Assembly: GCA_046734955.1 (NCBI GenBank) | Contig: JBKPSH010000048.1 | Span: forward strand, 20,139 to 84,138 | Source of the DNA: Acidobacteriota bacterium | Lineage (GTDB): Bacteria; Acidobacteriota; Vicinamibacteria; Vicinamibacterales; 2-12-FULL-66-21 | Reading direction: 5' to 3' | Length of the DNA: 64,000 nt | Shown here: positions 57,648-64,000 of the stretch, piece after piece | Numbering within the stretch: position 1 is the first letter of the stretch | Layout of the letters: each line of letters opens with the position of its first letter | Program-made: the position numbers and the translations under genes | The notes under the pieces: generated by a model | The model's input: the letters and a program-made list of their open reading frames with translations, nothing else | The model's database searches: none | Told to the model about the DNA's origin: nothing

Positions 57648-60600
57648 ATGATGAGCCGCGTGATTCCGTGCTCCGGGCGACTTCGGCAGGTTCTCCTCGT
57701 TCTTGCACTCGCGATCGCCAGCATGCCAGTCGCATTGGCAGCGCAGTCGGTCAGCGGCACGATTCTCGGCACGGTGACCGATACATCCGGTTCCGTGATT
57801 CCCAACGCCAAAGTCACTATCGTCAACGAAGGCACGGGTCTGACGAGAACCGTGCAATCCGACTCGAACGGCGAGTTCACCGCGCCCCTGCTGCCGACCG
57901 GCCACTACACCGTGATGGCCGAGCTCACCGGCTTCAAGACGATGACACTCTCGAACATCGAGCTCGGCGTCGACCAGCGGGCCCGGATCGATCTCAAGCT
58001 CGAAGTCGGCGCGATGACCGAGACCGTCAGCGTCGAAGCGACCAGCCCGCTGCTGCAAACGAGTTCATCGGAGCTCGGGACTACGGTCCAGGCGCAACAA
58101 ATCGAAGCGCTCCCGCTCAATGGCCGCAACTTCGTCAACCTGACGCGGACCATCCCCGGCGTGTTGCGCGGGATCCCCGGAGCAAACATCGACGGTGCGG
58201 GCAGTCTCGCGTGGCGCGCCTCGGCGTCGTTCTCGGCAAACGGCCAGCGCCCGCGCGATAACAACTACATGCTGGACGGCGTGGACAACAACGAGACGTG
58301 GCTACAGACCGTTGTCATCTTCCCCAGCGTTGATGCCCTCGACGAGTTCAAGATGCAGACCTCGACCTACTCGGCCGAGTTCGGTCGATCGCTTGGCGGC
58401 GTCGTCAACCTGCAGATCAAGTCAGGCACGAACCTGATGCACGGTAGCGGTTTTGAGTTCATGCGAAACGATGCGCTAGACGCGAACAATTTCTTTAACA
58501 ACCGTGCGCATCGTGACAAACCGGACTTCAGTCAGCACCAGTTCGGCGGCACGCTGGGCGGGGCGCTCTTCAAAGACAAGACATTCTTCTTCGGCGACTA
58601 TCAGGCTCACCGCGAGACTCAAGGCGTCACGGCGCTGTCCACGGTTCCAACGATGGCCATGAGGGCGGGCAATTTCTCCGAGCTGGCGCGCGTCATTTAC
58701 GATCCGACCACCGGTCAGCCCTTCCCGGGCAACATTATTCCCGACAACCGCATCGACTCGGTCGCGCGAAACATCCTGGCGCAGCTGTATCCAGAACCGA
58801 ATACGGCAGGCACGCGACAGTCCAACGGACAGATCATCAACAACTACCTGCTGAACCCGGTCAAGCACCGGAACGACAACCAGGGTGACGTCAAGGTCGA
58901 CCAGAACGTCTCGACGTCGAACCGCTTCTTCGTCAGGTACAGCTACCAGAAGGTCCACCGACTCCAGCCGGCGAGCCTGCCGCACGGCGACGCCGGTGCG
59001 ACGTTTGGCGCTGGCGATGGGAACATCACGGCACAGGGGCTGGCCTTCAACGATACGCACACGATGCAGCAGAACCTGCTCAACGAGTTCCGCTTCGGCT
59101 GGACGTCGATCAAGTTCCATCAGTTGCCGATCGACTACGGCACCAATCCGGCCAAAGCTGTGGGACTTCCCGGCGTCAACATCAATAACGCCACGTCCGC
59201 GATGTCGCAGATGACGTTCCAGAACATCAGGAATCTTGGGGCGAACGGCAACCAGCCGCTCATCACCAACCAGAACGACTTCGCGATTTTCGACAACGTG
59301 ACCTGGGTCAAGGGCAAACACACGATCAAGAGCGGTGGCAGCATCACGTTTCGATCGCGCGAGATTCTCAACCCCGATACGATTACCGGCGTTTTCAACT
59401 TCAACAACAACATGACGTCGAATTGCGCCGGTCAGCCCGCGGGCTGCACCGTCAACACCTCGACGGGCTTCGACGTCGCGAGCTTCATGCTCGGGCTCGT
59501 CAACACGAAGGCTCGGAATTACTTCGACGAGGACACGTACACGGAAACCCGGCCCGAGTACGCGCTGTATACGCAGGACGACTTCCGAATAACGAACCGT
59601 CTGACGTTCAATTTAGGAGTCCGGTGGGACGTCTATCCGCCGTGGATCGAGGTCGATAATCGTCAGTCGAACTTCGACGAATCAACCGGCAAGTTCGTGG
59701 TCGCCTCCGATGACGCGGTGATCAACGGCGTGAAGGTGGGCCGCTATCTGCAGACCTACTCGAAGGGCGACGTGGGTCCTCGTTTCGGTTTCGCCTATGA
59801 CCTGAACGGCAGCGGCCGCACGATCGTGCGCGGCGGTTTCGGCGTCTTCTGGAACTTCACGCCCGGCGGCACGTCGAGTTCGAAAGCACAGAACCCGCCG
59901 TTCCTCCAGGCGACCGCGCTCAACGCGAACCCCTCGGCCTACGGCGCCAATCTGCTGCTCAAGGACGGCCTTCCCGATCCTCCCGGGACCGATCCCTCGA
60001 GACCGGCGGCTGGCTCGACACGGTCGATCTTCGACATCAACTTCCGCGACGCGTACGCGCGGCAATGGAACTTCAACGTTCAGCGCTCGATTGCCACCAA
60101 TTACATGCTGGAAGTTGCCTACGTCGGCTCGCAGGGCCGCCAGATGCTGCTTAAAGGCGATCCCAACCAGGCCCCGCCCGTCCTCGGCGTGACCGACTCC
60201 AATGTGAATCGTCCGTTCATCAAGCTCGCGCCGGCGCTTCGTACGATTGGACAAGTCCAGAGCAAGGGCACGCTCGACTACAATGCGCTGCTCCTGAAGT
60301 TCCAGCGTCGCTTCGCCAACAACTTCTCGTTCCTGAACGCGTACACGTTTGGGAAGGCGATCGACCTGAACTCCGACAATGACGGCACCGTGACGCTGAC
60401 GAATGTCTACGACCCGCAGTACAACCGCGGGCCGGCAGACTACGACATCACGCACACGCTGTCATCGAGCTGGGTTTACGAGATCCCGTGGGCGCGCGAA
60501 AAACTCTACGGCGGATGGCAGTTCGGCGGAATTCTGCTGCTCCGCGGCGGTCTGCCGCTGACGGTGACGCAAACTCAGGGTGTCCAGTCGACGGGCACTG

Positions 60601-60974
60601 GAAACCGTCCGAACCGGATCTGCGACGGAGCACTCGACCACCCGACGATCGACAGATGGTTCGATCTCGATTGTTTCAAGGCCACGACCGAGAACACCGC
60701 CACCTACGGCGATGCCGGCCGTAACATCATTCGCGGTCCCGGCTCGTTCAACATCGATGCCTCGCTGATCAAGAACACGAAGATCGGACGCTTCGCGACG
60801 GAGTTCCGCGTCGAGGCATTCAACGTGCTCAATCATCCGCAGTTCGCGAACCCGAACACGACGATTGGCAACGCCGCCGCGGGTGTCATCTCGGCGATGC
60901 TCTCGAACCCGTCGTGCTCGGTCTGCGGCACGGTCGAGCGACAGGTCCAGATAGGCGTCAAGGTGAGGTTCTAA
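57648..60974 (+). CDS. TonB-dependent receptor, Oar/Acidobacteria type with carboxypeptidase-regulatory N-domain
   Basis: GTILGTVTD.SG..IP.A.V, LPLNGRNF, GVDNN, YSAEFGR; C-terminal Phe. Confidence 0.93.
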   Translation: MMSRVIPCSGRLRQVLLVLALAIASMPVALAAQSVSGTILGTVTDTSGSVIPNAKVTIVNEGTGLTRTVQSDSNGEFTAPLLPTGHYTVMAELTGFKTMTLSNIELGVDQRARIDLKLEVGAMTETVSVEATSPLLQTSSSELGTTVQAQQIEALPLNGRNFVNLTRTIPGVLRGIPGANIDGAGSLAWRASASFSANGQRPRDNNYMLDGVDNNETWLQTVVIFPSVDALDEFKMQTSTYSAEFGRSLGGVVNLQIKSGTNLMHGSGFEFMRNDALDANNFFNNRAHRDKPDFSQHQFGGTLGGALFKDKTFFFGDYQAHRETQGVTALSTVPTMAMRAGNFSELARVIYDPTTGQPFPGNIIPDNRIDSVARNILAQLYPEPNTAGTRQSNGQIINNYLLNPVKHRNDNQGDVKVDQNVSTSNRFFVRYSYQKVHRLQPASLPHGDAGATFGAGDGNITAQGLAFNDTHTMQQNLLNEFRFGWTSIKFHQLPIDYGTNPAKAVGLPGVNINNATSAMSQMTFQNIRNLGANGNQPLITNQNDFAIFDNVTWVKGKHTIKSGGSITFRSREILNPDTITGVFNFNNNMTSNCAGQPAGCTVNTSTGFDVASFMLGLVNTKARNYFDEDTYTETRPEYALYTQDDFRITNRLTFNLGVRWDVYPPWIEVDNRQSNFDESTGKFVVASDDAVINGVKVGRYLQTYSKGDVGPRFGFAYDLNGSGRTIVRGGFGVFWNFTPGGTSSSKAQNPPFLQATALNANPSAYGANLLLKDGLPDPPGTDPSRPAAGSTRSIFDINFRDAYARQWNFNVQRSIATNYMLEVAYVGSQGRQMLLKGDPNQAPPVLGVTDSNVNRPFIKLAPALRTIGQVQSKGTLDYNALLLKFQRRFANNFSFLNAYTFGKAIDLNSDNDGTVTLTNVYDPQYNRGPADYDITHTLSSSWVYEIPWAREKLYGGWQFGGILLLRGGLPLTVTQTQGVQSTGTGNRPNRICDGALDHPTIDRWFDLDCFKATTENTATYGDAGRNIIRGPGSFNIDASLIKNTKIGRFATEFRVEAFNVLNHPQFANPNTTIGNAAAGVISAMLSNPSCSVCGTVERQVQIGVKVRF

Positions 60975-61657
60975 CCGGCGCGTGAGTCCACAAGGTCCCG
61001 TAGCCGCCGCACGCTCGTGGCGGAGACGGGGCCTTCGGCGCTTCCCCCGTCGCGCGCCAAACGCCCGACATGAATCGCGCGCACCGCGCGCTGCTCGACT
61101 AACAATCGGAACAATTCGAGATCGACGCCGCCGCCAGCGATAATCGTCAGGCGTGAATTCGCGCGAGCGACGAACTGCTGAAGCCGTCGGCAACGCTCCA
61201 ACACCGAACCTTCTCCCCCGCTCGCGAGAATGTGGTCGATCCGTCGATTGGCCGATAGTGCGTCGATCGCCGCAAGCGGATTTAAGAGCGAATCGAACGC
61301 GCGATGAAACGTGATCGGAACACCAGGAGCCGCTTCGATGACGGCGGCGAACTGTGGCAGCGCCAGCTCCCCTGATTTGGCGAAGCCGGCGACCAGGCCG
61401 TCGACGCCGAGCTTGGTGAAATTCCACGCCGCCGCTCTCATGATTTCGATCTCCGCATCGGAGGTTTCGAATCCGGCGTTCTCGCGGACCATGACCCTAA
61501 GCGGAAGCGAGGTCGCATTCTTGATTGCTTCGACCACTGCGAGTTCGGGCGTCAGACCGCCGACCTCGATCGCCCGCACCACTTCCAGCCGATCGGCGCC
61601 GCCATCTTGTGCGGCGCGTGCGTCGCGGACTGTTTGGACGATGACTTCTAAGATCAC
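60971..61657 (-). CDS. cutC: CutC-family TIM-barrel protein
   Basis: GGADRLEV...GGLTP, VMVR, TFHRAFD, ASGG and AGGGV motifs. Confidence 0.9.
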   Translation of the reverse strand: MILEVIVQTVRDARAAQDGGADRLEVVRAIEVGGLTPELAVVEAIKNATSLPLRVMVRENAGFETSDAEIEIMRAAAWNFTKLGVDGLVAGFAKSGELALPQFAAVIEAAPGVPITFHRAFDSLLNPLAAIDALSANRRIDHILASGGEGSVLERCRRLQQFVARANSRLTIIAGGGVDLELFRLLVEQRAVRAIHVGRLARDGGSAEGPVSATSVRRLRDLVDSRAG

Positions 61658-61664
61658 CTTCGAG

Positions 61665-61979
61665 CTAGCGCTGAATATGAAAGACTTCCTCGAGCGCCAC
61701 GCTGAGCGGGCTGTGATCGGGATTAGTCGGCATCAGATCGCGCATGTACGCCCACCACCGCTGACAGACTTCGGTCGCCGCGACCGCATTCCACTGCTCT
61801 TCGCTTTCGAACTCCACGTAGCCGAATAAGTGATTGCTGGTGCGGTCGAGGAAGATTGAGTAGGTGTGCACGCCGTGCTCGAGAAGCGTGCGCTCGAGAT
61901 CCTCCCAGATCGGCTGGTGCCGGCGGATGTACTCCGCCTCCTGCCCGGCGTGGAGCGACATGCGAAACGCTTTACGCAC
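61665..61979 (-). CDS. rhaM: L-rhamnose mutarotase
   Basis: EY..RH.PIW, YSIFLD, LFGY.E, CQRWWAYM and EEVFH motifs. Confidence 0.92.
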   Translation of the reverse strand: MRKAFRMSLHAGQEAEYIRRHQPIWEDLERTLLEHGVHTYSIFLDRTSNHLFGYVEFESEEQWNAVAATEVCQRWWAYMRDLMPTNPDHSPLSVALEEVFHIQR

Positions 61980-61989
61980 CGCTCGGTTC

Positions 61990-62020
61990 GTTCCGTGTAA
62001 GTCCGTGTTCTTCCGTGGCT
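61990..62020. repeat. Single unit of the 27-mer family
   Basis: ttccgtgtaagtccgtgttcttccgtggct, matching the 26876 array unit. Confidence 0.75.
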
Positions 62021-63365
62021 ATAAGTCCGTCAGGTGTTCAATCCTGCCGGTGCTGTCGCCGATCGTTTCCTGCTGCACGCCCACTCGATCGAGCAGCGTC
62101 AGGAACAGGTTCGTCAGCGGCGTGCCTTTCGGATACACGAGGTGACTTCCCATTCGGAAGTCGCCACCATGTCCGATGACCGCAATCGGCAGATCCTCGT
62201 GCGTGTGCCGGTTGCCGTCGCTCAGGCCGCTGCCGTAGACGATGATCGAGTGATCGAGGAGCGAACCGTCGCCGTCTGGCGTCTCCTTCATCTTCTTGAT
62301 GAAGCCGGCAAACAGTTCCATGTGCAGCGTGTTGATTTTCGTCACACGCTCAATCCACTCCTGGTTGCCTCGATGATGCGTCAACGGATGATGCGGATCG
62401 GGCACGCCAAGCTCGGGGTAGGTCCGCATGCTGCCCTCGCGCCCCATCATCATTGTCACGATCCGCGTCTGATCGGCCTGGAAGGCAATCAGTTGCAGGT
62501 CGAACATAAGGTTGACGTAGTCCGCGTAGAGCACAGGGACGCCCGTCGGCTTGTCGATCGTCGGCGTCAGGCCGGTCATGTCCTTCTCGGCCTTCTCAAT
62601 TCGCTGCTCGATCTCGCGGATCGACGTGAGGTACTCGTCAAGCTTGCGCCGATCCGTCGGACCAAGCGTAGACGCAAGCTTCGTCGTGCGTTCGTTGACG
62701 AGATCGAGAATGCTGCGCCGATACATGAGACGACGGGCGCGGACGTCTGGGGATAAGCTGGTATCGATATCGCCAAACAGCCGTTCGAACACCAGCCGCG
62801 GGTTCGTCTCCGGCGGCATCGGGGTGGCCGGACCGCGCCACGCGAGACTGTTCGTATACGCGCACGAGTATCCTGAGTCGCAGTTGCCGATCGTTCGCGA
62901 GTCGTCGCACCCGAGTTCAAGCGACGGGAATCGGGTCGCCGATCCGATGTGCTGGGCGGCGACTTGATCGACGGAGATGCCATTTTGAATGTCGGCACCC
63001 GCGGTCTTGCGCGGGTGAACGCCGGTGAGATACGACGCGGCGGCGCGGGCGTGGTCGCCCGGTCCATCGCCGAGCGCCTGACCGTTGCGCTGCGCCAGAC
63101 CTGACATTACCAGCATGTCCTGGCGGAACGGCTCGAGCGGTTTCATCACGCGCGCGAACTCAAAGCCTGTCCCGGTGCCTTTGGGCATCCACTCAGGCAT
63201 CGTGATGCCGTTCGGCACATACGTGAAACCGAGGCGAACCGGACGTCCTTGGAGGCTCGGTGCCGCAAACGCGGGCGTCATCGCATCGAGCATGGGAAGG
63301 GCGATGACCGCCCCCATTCCCTTCAGAAAGCTGCGGCGCGGGAGATGTGTTCGCGTAACAATCAT
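62019..63365 (-). CDS. DUF1552-family protein with Tat-like N-terminus
   Basis: LPRRSFLKG.G..IALP.LDAM, GDH, SVDQ, SLELG, HH, SDGN.H motifs. Confidence 0.9.
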   Translation of the reverse strand: MIVTRTHLPRRSFLKGMGAVIALPMLDAMTPAFAAPSLQGRPVRLGFTYVPNGITMPEWMPKGTGTGFEFARVMKPLEPFRQDMLVMSGLAQRNGQALGDGPGDHARAAASYLTGVHPRKTAGADIQNGISVDQVAAQHIGSATRFPSLELGCDDSRTIGNCDSGYSCAYTNSLAWRGPATPMPPETNPRLVFERLFGDIDTSLSPDVRARRLMYRRSILDLVNERTTKLASTLGPTDRRKLDEYLTSIREIEQRIEKAEKDMTGLTPTIDKPTGVPVLYADYVNLMFDLQLIAFQADQTRIVTMMMGREGSMRTYPELGVPDPHHPLTHHRGNQEWIERVTKINTLHMELFAGFIKKMKETPDGDGSLLDHSIIVYGSGLSDGNRHTHEDLPIAVIGHGGDFRMGSHLVYPKGTPLTNLFLTLLDRVGVQQETIGDSTGRIEHLTDL

Positions 63366-64000
63366 GGCGTGCTCTCAGTGATGGCTGCCCTTCGCGACTG
63401 GAAGGGAAGGCTCTTGACGATCTCCAGAATCAAACCGGAGAACCGGTATTCGTGCTCCGGCAGCCGGCTCACGATACCACTGACCGTCCGTTTATCGTAA
63501 CGCTCCAGCCCACGGCCGAGGGCATAGGTCAGGAGCTTTGCCGTCAGGCAATGTTCGAACGCCTGATGATCGGCGCGCAGGATCGAACGCAGTTCCTCCG
63601 GTCCGTCGAATTTGCGGCCATCAGGCAGCGTGCCCGTGGCATCAATCGGAAACTTTCCGTCCATCGTGCGCCACGCACCTGTTGCATCGAAGTTCTCGAG
63701 CCCGAACCCCAGCGGATCCATGCGGCGATGACACGACGCGCAGGTCGGATCCTTGCGATGCAGTTCGAGCTGTTCACGCATCGAGGCGGAGGTGCCGATT
63801 TCCTCCTCCTTGAGATTCGGCACATCGGCCGGCGGCTCGGGCGGCGGCGCGTCGAGCAGATTGTCGAGCACCCAACGGCCGCGCAGCACCGGCGATGTCC
63901 GGGTGGCGTACGACGACACGGTAAGCACGCTCGCCTGTGTCAGCACCCCGCCACGTGGCGTGTCGTTCAGATCAACTCGACGGAACTCCGGTCCATGAAC
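63362..64000 (-). CDS. C-terminal part of a DUF1592/DUF1588/DUF1585 (PSCyt-type) protein, truncated by the window edge
   Basis: RGGVLTQ...[32 protein letters not shown]. Confidence 0.9.
   Translation of the reverse strand, partial: VHGPEFRRVDLNDTPRGGVLTQASVLTVSSYATRTSPVLRGRWVLDNLLDAPPPEPPADVPNLKEEEIGTSASMREQLELHRKDPTCASCHRRMDPLGFGLENFDATGAWRTMDGKFPIDATGTLPDGRKFDGPEELRSILRADHQAFEHCLTAKLLTYALGRGLERYDKRTVSGIVSRLPEHEYRFSGLILEIVKSLPFQSRRAAITESTP

Overview
High-GC bacterial chromosomal window. The gene repertoire (Oar-type TonB-dependent receptor, DUF1592/DUF1552 cluster, BACON lipoprotein) suggests Acidobacteriota, probably Vicinamibacteria-like; this is inference. The core blocks are an LPS inner-core/lipid A operon (0.2-9.2 kb), gap-pgk-tpiA, secG-tRNA-Leu(GAG), pyk, an Mrp plus M16-peptidase operon, an AddAB-like pair, and a PQQ dehydrogenase/TonB receptor/CutC/RhaM region. 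Accessory and unexplained structure: (1) a ~3.7 kb decayed islet at tRNA-Leu, bounded by a 46-bp att-like repeat with a compensatory T-stem change, holding three frameshifted pseudogenes absent from the ORF track (phage HNH, DUF2971-like, Cys/His-motif protein); (2) at least eight intergenic short-period arrays (mostly 7-nt period), two of them symmetric 5+5 hairpins, plus 27-mer-family inverted arrays flanking an internally deleted IS256; (3) GC-rich palindromic elements, one apparently inserted in frame in addB; (4) a cluster of Zn-ribbon-type microproteins next to a structured ~200-nt putative RNA leader; (5) an orphan ParA + ribbon-helix-helix pair with a candidate operator; (6) many -10 boxes 6-9 nt from start codons, implying leaderless mRNAs. 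There is no CRISPR array and no rRNA. All family assignments come from motif recognition by eye; no database searches were run.
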